Shown here: in pieces, positions 1 to 13,451 of the stretch
Layout of the letters: each line of letters begins with the position of its first letter
Position numbering within the stretch: position 1 is the first letter of the stretch
Origin: Mobula hypostoma
Lineage: Eukaryota
Direction: 5' to 3'
Length of the DNA: 64,000 nt
Assembly (NCBI RefSeq): GCF_963921235.1
Contig: NC_086106.1
Coordinates: 24,552,001-24,616,000, forward strand
Program-made: the position numbers and the translations under genes
The notes under the pieces: model-generated
Databases searched by the model: none
Told to the model about the DNA's origin: nothing
The model's input: the letters and a program-made list of their open reading frames with translations, nothing else

Positions 1-1870
1 AAAGACAATTCTTTTCCTCATTGTTTAAAAGTTAACAAAAAACTTCATTATTTATGCAGAATGTTATTATGTTCCTTAAATTTCTATCACGTCAGTTCAA
101 TTTGCATCCCATGTCTGCAGTGTTTGGCTCAGCGAACTAGCAGATGCTTCTCACAGTCTTCCTCCTCCTCCAGTGCCGTCATTACTGAGATCAATTTTCA
201 AATTCTCGCCCTTATATAAGTTCACCGCACGGCGCAGGTCTGACTGTTGCAACGGTTGTGCTCCTACCGCACTTGTGTTACCTCTCGTCGAAGTGTTGTT
301 ATTGACTTAACATTTAGTGTCTACATGCAATTGATCCACACAGTAAGACACAGGGAGTTTAAAAGGGATATGCTTTGTTTTTTTTTTGCATTTCATTTCC
401 CTCACTGTATTACTCCGACTGCAAAATAAGACATAAAGTGAAACCCCATGAACTATCGCTTTTCTAAGTGCCAATATATATTCTCTTAAAGTCGACAACA
501 GTTTAATTTACTGAAGAGATCGAGACTTCCCTTGAAATATGATTACGTGAACGTTACTATTGCTGAGATAACAGTGACGTATTTGATTGAAGCAATAGTG
601 GCGATCGAATTATAATGTATATATGTATAATATTTCGACTCGGTGCAACAGTCGGTCGTTGAAATGACAGAAATTATTCATAGAGATTACATAATGCGAG
701 CTATCGGTTCCATAGTTTGGCTACTACGTGATACAACATACCAATAGGCCGGTATTAAGCAGCAATGTGCTAAAGATGGCATCTGCTACTTCTCCGAGCA
801 TCCATGCTCTAATTCAATGTAGAATTTAGGAGGCTACCGGGGTATGGATTACACTCTGAAAATATGGGTTTACAATTGTTGAGTGAAATCAGGCACTACG
901 GCAATAATCACTGCATTTAATAGGTGGAGGTGTCTATGGTGGGTTAAACAACAGAATGAAACGTTCCGAGAACTTTCCATTGTCAATTAATAGCGGTTAT
1001 TCAGTACCAGCTCAATAACGGACAGCCCATTGTTAGACCATAAGGTAATTTTCAGAAATGGCTGATTTTCTTCATCGCGTGATGCTTTTGCAGTTAGTTT
1101 CTCCGGTGTTTACAAGGTGTTACGTGTAAATCCACTAAATATGTGGTCGGAATGTTAAGGCACTTCATATCTGCAAGAACAGATAAGGAAAATCATCACC
1201 ACGTTATCGAAGGCAGCACCTTGTATGTTAAAACCCAGAGGAGCAATTCCAAAAAAGTTCAGAGGCCACAGTCAGTTGCTACTATTCTCAACACGTAGAA
1301 TGCATCATCAAAACGACCAATAGTGAATTACGCCGGATGATCATATCCACTGGTGGTTGGTCTCCACGGGGTAACCACTGGTTGGCAGTTCGGATAATCG
1401 CGGAGAATAAAAAACATAAAGGAAAGGAAAAAAATATCACCGCTGCAGGTGGAGCATGACCTAATGAGGTTCCTCTTTATCCATGTGAACAATTACTTTT
1501 TCATAATTATTCTTTCGGCATTTCTTTAGTGCGGTTATATGTTGGAACTGAGAGAAAAAAAAAACTCCAGATGCATCTGATACTACACATTCTATGATAA
1601 TTCAAAATCTGCGTATATCTATCGATCCTAATTAAACATCAGTTTGATGTTGAACAATTTGATCATTGGGAATTTTCAGCCCTGGTTTATCAGTGAAAGA
1701 GCACGTTATCATATGCGACAGATTTGTTTGTCATCAGTTAATAGAGATAAATTGCTTATTTTCAGTTCACATGGCAATTTTAAAAGAGAGAGACTTTGGG
1801 AACACTCAACAGGCGTGGAAGCTTCTGCGAAAATCTAAGACTGAGCAATCCCAGTAATTACTTATGCTTT

Positions 1871-1885
1871 GCTGCCATCTGGTGG
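1871..1885 (-). promoter_or_regulatory. Orphan CTCF-consensus motif in a duplicated V-upstream block
   Basis: Minus strand CCACCAGATGGCAGC. The block at about 1560-1950 is paralogous to 5740-6150 but no V follows it. Confidence 0.55.
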
Positions 1886-2479
1886 AAAATATCCTCATGA
1901 TTTCTGGCGATGTTCCGTGGACCTCCTTCATGTCTCAATAGCCTATATGGAAAACTTTGGTTGTCTGTTCGGATAATGGCGAAGACAAAATAAGTTAAAG
2001 GAAATACAGCTACAGTTATGATATGTCGTGTCTGCCCATGTGACTGATTAATTTTGCAGTGTTATTGATTAGGAATTGCCCAGTCTGGTTATATGGAGAA
2101 AATGAGAAAACAATATCATTCCAATGTGTCACAGCATAGAATCAGCAGAATTCATCATAAAGAATGGGACAGCAAATCTCACATGTCCCGCACAACATAG
2201 CATTGTTCACTTTACAAGAACAGGTTGACCCCATTCCCTTTTACATCAGTTTATTCACATCCCATGCACGGTATGAGATCCGCATTCAAGCAAAGCATGA
2301 TTGCAAATTCAGGTGAAAAAGCTTTTGAATCAGAATGCGATGATATGTGACATATTGTAACACAAGGCGAGCTGCACTGCACTTACCAATACCATGCTTT
2401 CGAGAACGTCAGTTTATTTCCTTTCTTTTTTCAGTATTGTTATTGATTTCTATTTTGAAGAATCCAGAGACCAGGGGAC

Positions 2480-5400
2480 ACTTCTCATAAAACAAAAGAA
2501 AAAAAAAATAATAATACCATATACAGTGTATTGATTCACATTAACGAATTCCTTACACCAGATTCATATAGATTAGATTAATTCGTTTATTAGAACATAA
2601 ACAATTCTATAAAAATAAAGTTCTATACCCACTAATAAAGTCGAAGTTGTTCGGGAAAAAAAGAAAAAAAAAACCTTACCAGTCAATAGAATATGCTATT
2701 AACGAACTTCTGTACTTTAACGAGAAGTCAAAGATGATGAAAATAATTTAAAAACGGCTCCCACAAATTTCGAAAATCTTGGTTAGATTCAGAAATTAAC
2801 AACGAATCTTTTCTAAATTTAGGCATGCCATAACATCCCGTAAACACTCAGCATGATTAGGCGTAACAGCATCCTTCCATTTAGACGAACCGCCCTCCTA
2901 GCCATAAGAGCGATAAAAGCCAGAATGTGAAAATCAGACTTCTTCATGATGATATGTTTCCTTCCAACAATACAAAATAGTGCAGCCTGTCATAAGGGGG
3001 GGGGGGGGTGGCGGTGTTGTGAACGGACCCAAATGCAAGAATCAGTCTCTGAAGTACCAGGAACTGGACCGGACAATGACAGTAGGACGTGACAGGTAGC
3101 ATACTAGGAGCTGAGACAGGTCGCAGGATAGTAGTTGAGACAGGAACACAGACTATGCTAGGGAAGCAGGAGCAGGACGAGGGATTGGAAACAAGGAGCC
3201 TGGGCGTGGAACTCGAGCCAGAGACTGGACAAGGACCCAAACCTTGGTCTCGACTCGGGTTCGGACCCCAAAACTAGGCGGGAGCATGACGTTGCCAGAT
3301 CATTGGAGACTAGGCGAGGACGTGACGAAACTTGGGTTCTTTGAGGCTCAAGTTCGTGGAGACATGACAAAGACATGACGGGGCAAGGGTACTTCGAGGC
3401 AACTCCTGGGCAGCACGCGGGAATCTACCACACGGAGGTAAGAGACAGGAAGGGACAGAACCAACAGCAGGGTAACGGCAAACGGCCTGGCTTACCCGAC
3501 GGAGGCAAATGACAGGAAGGGAGCTAGGTCCAGGATGGCTCCAAGACTCGAGGCGGCCGGTAACCTCGGCGGTCTACGGAACAGCCAAATCTATATCTCG
3601 ATGACTGCACAATCCTTCCACAAGTGGGCAGCTCCGAAGGGAAACTGACGAGGCAAGGCGTGGCAAGGCTACAAACGAGGCAGGGAGAGGCAAGGCTTCA
3701 GGCAGTGGCTGTAGGCAAGGCTTCAAGAGGAAGATGAAATGAAGGGATTGTTTAGACAGCAACAATTCAGCACCCAGAGGCTGAACCCTGAAGCTATTTA
3801 TGAAGCCAGCCCAAACGAGAACCAGCTGCCTTAACAAAAACTGGGGAAAACTGGAAAACCTGGCATAAGGAGCGTGGACCGGACCGTGGACCGTAATGTG
3901 GTTTTCACGTAGCGGACCATGTCACAGTCAAAGGATTTGGCTTAAAATTTACTTTAAAGAGTACATAGAAAGCTTGAATACTTCTTTCCAATATTTTCCA
4001 AGACATGGACATGTCAAAAAATATGAATAAATAAAGCTTCTCCATTGTTACACCTATTCCAGTAGGGAGATATATCCATATAAAAACGAGATAACTTATC
4101 CGTGGTCATATAAGCCTACTGAATTGTAGGAAGGAATGACGAGCGCATAACGATGAAGTATTAACTAATTTAAAATATCTTTCCAAGTTTCTTCAGGAAT
4201 AGAAGACTGTAAACCTGTTCCCAAGGATTTTTGATTTTGTCCAAAGTATCAATTCTCATTCCCAATACCGTATCATAAATATTGGACATTGAACCATTTT
4301 AAAACGATTTCATATTAAGAATTTGATCTAATACGTTCTTATCAGGATTATTAGGAAATGGATATACAACTGTTTGTAATTCAGATCGCAGAAAATCTCT
4401 AATTTGCAGGTACCGAAGGAAATGGGTCCTTGGTAATCATATTCAGTTGACAATTGTTCGAACGAAGAAAGTCTTCCTACACGCACAGATACCGGAAACA
4501 TGTAATGCCCGATTCTTCCGATTGGGAACCTCAATAAACCAATGCGTTTTCCAATGTTTTTTTTTTCCCAAATCCTTAAAATATGTTTGACTACCGCATT
4601 TTCAGTTATCTTTCTTAAGGATAAAGGAAGTGAAGATCCCAAACTAAAGATAATAGAAAATGTATTAGCCGAGTTAGCTTCTAAGGTAACCCACCCGGGA
4701 CAGTACTCATGATTAATATAGTATAACCAAAACGGGAGATTCCGTGTATTAGCTGCCAGTAATAAAACCTAAAATTTGGTAAAGCTAAACCTCCACTTTA
4801 TTTAACTTTCTGGAGATGGACTTTAACCAATGGAGGATGTTGATTTTTCCATATATAGGATGATAGAGTCCAGATAGTCAAAAAAAGGATTTCGGAATAA
4901 AAACGGGTAAAGCCCGATAAAAGTATTTAAATGCAAATAAAATATTCATCTTAATAGATTTCATTCGACCAATTAATGATAATGAAAGGGGTGACAATTC
5001 GATAATGTTCTTATTATATCATTTAATAAAGAATACAATCTTTAAATAGGTATTTATAATTCTTTGTAATTGTTACACTCAAATATGTGAATTGGTTTCT
5101 TACAATTTTAAATGGAACGTTAATATCAGTTAATACCAAATTGTTCAAAGGACAGAGCTCACTCTTGTGAAGGTTCAGTTTATATCCAGAAAACTGACTA
5201 AAACAAGAGAGTAAAGAAATCATAGATGGTAACGAAGGGTCGACCTGAGAAATATAAAGCAATAAATCATACGCATAAAGTGAAACTTTGTGGATAGTAC
5301 CGTTCCATAAAATACCAGTGATACTGTATCATTACATTCTCTAAAAGCAACAGCTAAAGGTTCTAAAGCAAGGTCGAAGAGCAAAGAACTCAAAAGGCAA

Positions 5401-5730
5401 CCTTGTCTGGTTCCACGTTCAGGTTTACATGGTTTAGAATTCTCAGAATTAGTAATAATCCGAGCGAAAGGACAGTAATTTAATCCATTGAAAAAAGTTG
5501 GACACAATATTTTTTTTCTAAAATTTTAAATAAATAATGTCTTTCAACCCGATCAAAAGCCCTCTGCGCATCTAAGGATAACATCCACTGCGATATCTCA
5601 TTAGAAGGAGAATAGATAACATATAATAACCGAGTAATATTAAAAAGAGATTATCGATTTTAATAAAACCAGTATGGTCGTCAAAAGTGATAGATGTAAG
5701 ATATTTTCCACACTGGGTACGTGACAATTT
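2480..5730 (-). mobile_element. Decayed L1/Tx1-clade LINE, ORF2 3' part, interrupted by a solo LTR
   Basis: RT motif [22 protein letters not shown] (ORF 5220-5507), plus L1-type C-terminal fragments (VKHILRIW, PNPLT). Multiple stops and frameshifts. Confidence 0.8.
2988..3924. mobile_element. Solo-LTR-like element nested in the L1
   Basis: TGTCAT...ATGTCA termini (TG...CA), flanked by CAGCC/CAGTC (imperfect 5-bp TSD). Removing it restores continuous L1-like sequence. Confidence 0.6.
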
Positions 5731-6072
5731 CATAATAATTAGGCAGTGAATTTCCTGTTTAATCTCAACATTCTTCAAAAGGAAATACTGTTTTATGTCT
5801 GGACATATATAGGTACATATAGCCTCCAATCCTTTCTATACATTAGTTTGATGTTGAACAACTTGATTTTCGGCAGTTTTCAGTACATCTTCCCCAGAGA
5901 ACAGCACTACATCAAATGCCAGAGTGTGGATTGTCCGCTGTTAGGGAGAAAAATTGTTTGTTTTCAGTTCACATGACAATTATTAAAAATACAGAAACGC
6001 TGGGAAGGCCCAGCAAGCGTGGAAGATTCTTTGAAAATCAACGAATAAACAGTTTTAATGAACTTAAGCTTT

Positions 6073-6087
6073 GCTGCCATCTGCTGG
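6073..6087 (-). promoter_or_regulatory. CTCF-consensus motif upstream of V1
   Basis: Minus strand CCAGCAGATGGCAGC matches the CTCF core CCASYAGRKGGCRS. It ends 642 bp before the leader ATG at 6729. Binding is not demonstrated. Confidence 0.6.
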
Positions 6088-6637
6088 AATTTATTTTCGT
6101 TGTTCCTGGCAAGGTTACATGAAACTCAAGGTCTCCTTACATCTTAACAGCCGATAGAAAAACAATTACCACTTCCATCAACCGAATTAATTCGTAAGTT
6201 ATTAAGAGAAAAGCTACTTTCTTAGGCAGCATGTGATCATATTTAAATATCGTGCTCCATGATGCTTGCTCATTTTTGCTTTTCAGATCAATTATGGTGT
6301 CTCTACGATCTGGAGGAAATCCACATCAGAGAAGAATACTGACTGATATTGTATAGTTTTCTGAACCAACGCTTCTTAACTCTCCCTCTTATTCTGCTCC
6401 CTCCCTAGGCTCCGATAAGCAAGTAGAATTTGTTGACAGTCTTCTCCACGCGAATTGCTGGCTGCCCCGCATTCCTTCGCCTCTGGCTGACCCTGCACTG
6501 TTAATGTTAACTCATAAATTATTTGATGCTTTTGTTCTGTACTTCTGCCATCGCATCCGAAAAATTTCATTTCCGGCACTGCTTCTGAACGCCTTTTTTC
6601 TATTACGTCTTTCGAGAATTAACACTGTGCCTGTTGT

Positions 6638-6722
6638 GATTGGTCGGTTTGGCCAAGAAATGGGTATTTCTCCTCAGGCAAGAGATTCCACTCTGTGGCA
6701 CAAGAGGACAGACTCAAACAGA
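6638..6722 (+). promoter_or_regulatory. V1 proximal promoter: inverted CCAAT box and RUNX-like site
   Basis: GATTGG at 6638; paralogs at 16274, 59563 and 61526, all 91-93 bp upstream of the leader start. TGTGGC at 6694; TGTGGT at 16331, 59620 and 61583. Function is inferred from motif only. Confidence 0.45.
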
Positions 6723-7205
6723 ATGATTATGAAGAACTGTCTCACGCCGGTCCTAATTATTGTGTTTTTTCTTGGTAAGATGTTTATTCAGCGCAATATT
6801 CCAGAACACGCTAATCGTCTGTAATCGCGTTCTTCTTTTTTTGATATTACTGTAACCATGTTTGAATTAGAGTTTATTATCTATTATTTATTTTACATTT
6901 AGACGGGAGCCTTCAAGACTCAGTGGAACAGTCTGTGGATGCAAGGACGTTCGAAGAAGAAAGCAATATTACCCTAAACTGTACTTTGCAAACAAGCTCT
7001 GCAACCCCCAATGTTTTCTGGTATAGGCAGCGTACCGGACAGCGACCACAGTACATGATTCGGATTATAGCAGGGAAAGTATACACAAGTGAGGATATGA
7101 CCAACCGATCGTTTGCTTCCTATGATAAAAGTAAAAAGAATAGCGAACTGTCGATTAACAACGCTGTCATCTCTGACTCAGCCACGTATCTCTGTGCGAT
7201 GAGCA
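6723..7205 (+). CDS. TRAV/TRDV: TCR alpha/delta-type V gene segment V1, apparently functional. Leader exon 6723/6729-6774, intron 6775-6902, V exon 6903-7205.
   Basis: Leader M(IM)KNCLTPVLIIVFFL ends G|gtaag. Acceptor tttag gives an in-frame DGSLQDSVEQ...TLNC...FWYRQ...DSATYLCAMS with the conserved Cys, Trp and Cys of an Ig V domain. A 23-RSS follows directly. Alpha versus delta cannot be decided without J/C. Confidence 0.92.
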
Positions 7206-7244
7206 CACGGTGTTGAAAAAGCTCAATTTCCTCGAACAAAAAAG
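7206..7244 (+). other. Recombination signal sequence (23-RSS) of V1
   Basis: CACGGTG (7206-7212), 23-nt spacer, ACAAAAAAG (7236-7244). Consensus is CACAGTG/ACAAAAACC. Confidence 0.93.
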
Positions 7245-7809
7245 CCTCTTTCACAGTTTCGTCGACAGCTCGATAGACGGCGACCAAATCAAGGTGAACG
7301 TAAATGCTAACTGAAGCTTGAAGACTTAAACCAATATTTTCATTTGATGCCGTAGTCAGTTACTGTTACCACTGACGTGTCCACTTGGCAGTTGACATGG
7401 AAGTTTTTGATCATCGATTACTATAACTGTGATCAAAAACAGTTCATCGTAAGTGATTCTTCAGTGTTACTTAATTTTTCCAAATATTCAGCATTCACAT
7501 CTGAAGCTGCACAAACTCTGTACGGATACATGAATGCTTGTGAGGGCTCCTTTAAAATAGAAAAGGACCAAATTTTGGCACAAAGTTAGCACATGTCCCA
7601 ATCAACAACATACGTCAAAATGCTGCAGAAGCCGTCCTTTATGGAAATCGCTCAGAAGCAATCATATGGCTTTTGACTTCTGTCAAAGAGTTGATCGCAG
7701 TTTGCTGGATTGTTGTGCTGAATGTCGTTGATTGTTATTACCGCATGAGATTCTTACCTATTTAAGCCCCAGCGTCAGGTTGTTTCCAACTTAAATAAAT
7801 ACAGTGCAA

Positions 7810-8245
7810 TTCCAACCTGATGGCATGAACATCGACGTCTCTAACTTCCTCTAGTGCCGCACCTCCCCCTTGTACCACATCCTTTACTTATTTTTATACA
7901 TATATTCTTTCTCTCACTCTCCTTTTTCTTCCTCTGTCCCTCTGACTATATCCCTTGCCCATGCTCTGTTTCCACCCCCACCGTCTTTCTCCCCGGATCT
8001 CCTATCGCATAATCCTCTCCTATCCCCTTTGTCAATCACCTGTCCAACTCTTGGCTCCATCCCTCCCCCTCCTGTCTTCTCCTATCATTTTGGATCTCCC
8101 CCTCCCCCTCTCACTTTCAAATCTCTTACGAACTCTTCCTTCAGTTAGTCCTGACGAAGAGTCTCGGCCTGAAACGTCGCCTGAAACTCTTCCAACAGAT
8201 GCTGCCCGGCCTGCTGCGTTTACCAGCAACTTGGATGTGTGTTAC
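7810..8245 (+). mobile_element. Penelope-like element 3' end and pseudo-LTR with a hammerhead core
   Basis: Matches 25627 onward (QPDGMNID C-terminus). CTGACGA...GAAACGTC at 8151-8178. Confidence 0.8.
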
Positions 8246-8922
8246 AGTGCAATTGAATTCGCGTTTTTTTTTCAGAAGTTATAACTAGCGAAGATTCCGT
8301 GGCACGATCCATTGTGTTTACCGATGATTTTCAGATGGCTGTCATACAAATAAGATAAAGGTCGCAATCTATTTGGAATAACCACATCTGTAAGTCAAAG
8401 CATTTTACAATTGGCAAAGTGAATAGCGTTGAAACAATGTGTCTTGATTGAGTGGAGCATTGTACTTGTATTCACAACACTTACCGAAAGAGTTTCAAAA
8501 CCACTTGACATTCAAATTTTAGATTATGGTCAGACTATCAAGATTATTGAGCATTTTGAATGAACTGACAGCGCTTATCGGCTGAAATCGCTTTACTGGA
8601 TATGGACAATCATTGCCATCAATATCTCAATTGAAAGTAAAGTGCAGTTTCACATTTCAACACACGTAATCTCTTATGTTCTAAAATTGTTCCATCTGTG
8701 TGCTGCTGTTGAATTGACAATTTTACCCTCTGATGAGAAGACACTGTACTGGATCTTTCGATGAATTCCATAATTCATCTTCGTCTAGCAGAGGGCCCTA
8801 TCCCTGTATCCTCAATTTGGCTAAATTTCGTGACATGGATAATGAACACCATTTATCCTGAATCAAGTACTTTCAGTTGGAAAGCTGTAGTTTGGGTACT
8901 GGGAATATAACTACTATGTAAT

Positions 8923-9469
8923 TGTAACGCTCAGCTATATTGGTTCGTACTTATCTAGGGGAGACTCCGTCCCCCTCCCAACCTTTTCTCACGGTTGCGT
9001 CGGTTTCTGTGCAATGCCACCTGGAAGGGCCATCAAACATCAATTATCAGCCAGCACACAGTGTACATTTTTCAAATTACACTTTATAAGTCTTACTTGG
9101 ACTACGCGATTAATAAAGATACAAAACAAAAGGGAATGAATGAAAAATAATGTGCCAGACTTATCAAAGTTCAGTTTCGTCGTGAAAACAATAGGAACTT
9201 GGGACCTTCCGTCTTCCCCTGCGATCCGCTCCGATCCCACGACTCGTAGCTCGGGACCACCCGAAGTGATCGACCATAGCAGTCCCAACACGTCTGTCTT
9301 CCTATCGGTCTCTCCTCCAACTCCCCGCCAAAACCCCTGTTCACCAGCCATATGAGACAGCATATCAATCCAAAAGATGAATAACATGGACAGCAATTGG
9401 TTCATTCGCTCTCTTATCTTAAGATAACCCAAACGATCGGCAGCGAGAGAAGCTTCTCAGCTTTTAACA
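8923..9469. mobile_element. Putative solo-LTR-like insertion
   Basis: Absent from the paralogous block near 18740-18770. TGTAAC...TTAACA termini with flanks TAAT/TAAC. Confidence 0.35.
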
Positions 9470-9614
9470 TAACAAAGAAGCCATTTTGATTATCATACGC
9501 AGTAACATAAAATATTAACATAACAAAGAAGCCATTTTGAATAACATACGCAGTAACTTAAAATATTAACATAACAAAGAAGCCGTTTTGATTAACATAC
9601 GCAGTAACATAAAA
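9465..9614. repeat. 51-bp tandem repeat, about 3 copies
   Basis: AACATAACAAAGAAGCCATTTTGA... starts at 9466, 9517 and 9568. Confidence 0.9.
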
Positions 9615-9735
9615 GAAAAAAAAATCCTATCATAATATTAAGCGCATCATTCCAATCCTGGAATTAAAGATTAAAGACGTAGTTTTTCATCATTGTTTGC
9701 AACTAAAAAAAAACAGTTTATTATTCATGCAGAAT

Positions 9736-12700
9736 CACAGGATCATACGACAAAGGAGCAGAAGTAGGCCATTCGAGTCTGCTCCGCCACTCCACCATGA
9801 GTTACACTATTCGCCCAACTCGTTCCAATTTGCGGCTTTCTCCCCATATCCCTTGATACACTGACTAATTAGATACCTATCAATATCCTGTGTAAACACC
9901 CTCCATGGTCGGGCTTCCACAGCTGTATGTGGCAACGGATTCCATAAATCCACGACACTCTGGCTAATAAAAAAAAAAAAAAAATCTCCTCATATCTGTT
10001 TTAAATGGGTACCCTTTAATTCTAAGACTGTGGCCTCTTGTCCTAAGACTGTTGCTTCTTGTCCTGGAATTAGCCACCAAGGGAAAGAGTTTTTTCCACA
10101 TCTACTCCGTCGAACCCTTTCAATATTCGCAATGTTTTTATGAGATTCCCTCTCATTCTTCTATATTCTAATGAACTCAGTCCAAGAGCCGACAAATGCT
10201 CCTCATATGTTAGCCCTTGCATTCCAGGAATCATCCTCGTAAATCTTCCCTGAACTCTCATCAACATCAGTACATCCCTTCTAAGATAGAGGGCTCAAAC
10301 CTGCACACGGTATTCCAAATGAGGTCTCTCCAGTGCCCCATAAAGCCTCATCAACAGCAACTTACACTTATACACGGTTCCTCTTGAAATGAATGCCCAC
10401 ATAGCATTCGCTTTCCTTCCTGCCGATCCAACCTGTTGGTTAACCTTTGCACTTCTGATTTTCGAATTGTTGCACCATCTAAATAATACTCTGCCCGATT
10501 TTTTTTCTTCCAAACTGTACAACCGTACATTTTCTCAACATTGTATCTCATCTGCCATTTCTTTCCCCACTCTCCTAAACTGACCGAGTCTCTCTGCAAC
10601 CTTTCCCTTTCTTCATAAACTCCTGCTCCTCTACCTATCTTGATGTCATTCGCAAAATTAGCCACAAAACCATATAATCCATAATCTAAATCATCGATAT
10701 ACATTGTAAAAAGAAGCGGCCCCAATACCGCCCCTGCAGAACATCACTGGTAACCGGTAACCAATCAGAATAGGATCGCTTTATTCCCACCCTTTACTTT
10801 CTGCATATCAGCCAATGTTCCACCGATTCAAATATCTTTCTTGCAATTCCATGGGCTTTCATCTTATTAAGCAACCTCTTATGCAGCACCTTTTCGAAGG
10901 CCTTTTGAAAATACAAATACACAACATTCACAGCCTCTCCCTTGTCAATCTTATTTTAGATTACCTCAAAAAATCCTAATTGGTTGGTGAGGCTAGATCT
11001 TCCCTTCGTGAAACCCTGCTGGCTTGGGCCTATTCTGTCATGCACCTCAACCGCGACCTTGAAAATCGACTCCAATAACTTTGCAACTACCGATGTCAGT
11101 CTAAGAGTTCTGTAATTTCCTTTTTGCTGCCTGCCGCCTTTCCTAAACAGCGGAACTACATTTGCGACATTCCACTCCTCCGGAACCATGCCAGAATCTA
11201 TTAATTCCTGGAAGATCAATTCCAATGCCTCCACAATTTCCAAAGCCACCTCCCTCAGAACACGTCGGTGCACCTCATCCGGTCCGGGAGACCTATTTAT
11301 TCTTAGTCCAATTAGCTTCCGAAGCACCTTCTCTCTGGTAATTTTGACTGTACCTAATTCTTTTCCCTGATACCACTGGCTATCAGGTATGTTGCCCATG
11401 TCCTGCACTGCCAATACCGATGCAAAATACTCATTCAGTTCCTCTGCCATCTTTGTTACCCATTGTAATTTCTCCATCATCATTTTCAAGCGGTCCCGTA
11501 TCACTCCTTTCTTCTTCATATATTTAAAGAACAAACTTCGTATTCTTTTTTGATGTTAATTGCCAACTTTATTTCATAACTCATCTTTTCATTGCTACTG
11601 ACTTTCTTTGTTTCCTTCTGTAAGTTTTTGAAAGTCGTCCTGCCCTAGATTTCTCACTATTTTTTGCTTCCTTATACGCCGTAACTTTTGCTTTTATTTT
11701 AGACTTAACACTTCTCATTAGCCCGATTTGTTGCATTTTTCCATTCATGATTTTCTTTTTTCTTGGAATATATTGTCCTACACTTTCCTTATTTCTTGTA
11801 GGAATTTCATCCAATTCTGCTCTACCGTCCCTCCATCTAGCTCACTTTTCTAATGGACTTGGGCCATTTTCTCTCTCATTCCACTGTAATTTTCTATGTT
11901 CCATTGAAATATCGATAGACCTGCTATCAGCCTCTCCTTTGCAGATTTGAAACTGAACTCAATCATAATAGATGACTGCTTCCAAGGGGCTCTACTACCT
12001 CAAGTTCCCTAATCGCCTGAGTTTTATTACACTTCACCCAACCCAAAACAGTAGATTCCCTGGTGGGCTTATGGACAAGCTGTTCCAAAAAGCCATCCCG
12101 TAGGCATTGTACAAACTGACTCTCCTGAGATCCTGTACCTTCCTGACTTCGCCAATGCACTCCCATATTAAAATCCTCCATAACTATCTAAACAATTTCC
12201 TTCTAACATGCTTTATCTAATTCTATCTGTAACTTGTAGTCGATATCATGGCTGCTGTTTGGAGGCCTGTATATCACTGCTATTAGTGTCTTTTTACCCT
12301 TGCCATTTCTTAACTCGACCCATAAAGATTCTATCTCTTCTGACCTCTGTCTCTTCTTTCTAGAGATTTGATATCGTTGCCTACCATCAGGGTCACGCCA
12401 CACCCTTTACGTACCTTCCTATCTTTCCTATACACAGCGTATCCTTGGACATTCAGCTCCCAATCACATCTACCATTTAGCCATGCCTCGGTGATGGCCA
12501 CAATATCATATATTTAAACCTGTAGCTGTACAACAGGATCATCCATTTTATTTCTAATGCTGCGTGAATTTAAATACAATACGTTTAGATCAGTATCTGC
12601 TACCGATTTTGCTATATTTCTATCGCACAGCAAATTATCCTTTCTATTCACCTGCTTGTCCTTCTTGCCATTTTTGCTGCACAGTAGCTTTAACTTATTT

Positions 12701-13451
12701 ATATTTTGCTCTGCCTCGACCCTAACAGCCTGGTTTCCATCCCCCTGGCAATTTAGTGAAAACCCTCCCTAACAGATATATTAAACCATCCCGGCAGAAT
12801 ATTAGTACGCTTTGAGTTCAAGTGTAAACCATCGTTTTTGTATAAGTCATACCTCCCCCAAAATAGATCCCAATGATCCAGGAATTTGAAGCACTGTCCC
12901 CTGCACAGTTGCTTAGCCACATAATCACCTGCTTAATTATGTTATTCTTACCTTCATTAGCGCGTGGCTCAGGCAGTAATCCTAAGATTATTACTCTGAA
13001 GGTCCGGGTTTTCAATTTTCTTCCTAGCTACCAGTAATCATCTTTCAGTACCTCATCTCTTTTTTTGTCTATATCATTGGTAGCAACATGTACCAAGACT
13101 TTAGGCTGCTCGCCCTCTCTCCTCAGAATACTCTGGACCCGATCTGAGACATCCCGCACCCTGGCACCAGGGAGTCAACACACGATCCGGGTATGCTTGT
13201 CCGGCTCGCAGAACCTCCTGTCTGTTCCCCTCACTATGGAATTCCCTATAACTACTGCATTTCTACTTGTTCTCTGGATCACAGCACTGGGGAGAGTGCA
13301 GGAGTCCCATTCTCTGTAATCTTCCACTGTCAGGTCAACCTCTCCAACAGTGTCTTAAACATATAGCAATTATTGAGGGGCACTGCAACATAGGTGCTGT
13401 CCGCTATCTCTCTATAGGTATTATCAATGACCCCCTCACTATCCCTAACTA
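9736..13451 (-). mobile_element. Near-full-length decayed CR1-type LINE
   Basis: RT and APE fragments (SPGPDEVH, QQGFTKGRSSLTNQL, GPLLFTMYIDDLD, VIYRPPN) and an ORF1 esterase remnant near 12.8-13.3 kb. Imperfect TSD GCAGAAT/GCTGAAT; the empty site is seen in the paralog near position 57-70. Confidence 0.88.

Noticed and set aside
1441-1456. Forward-strand CTCF-like GCTGCAGGTGGAGC
   Set aside because: Three mismatches to the core and not repeated in paralogous modules.
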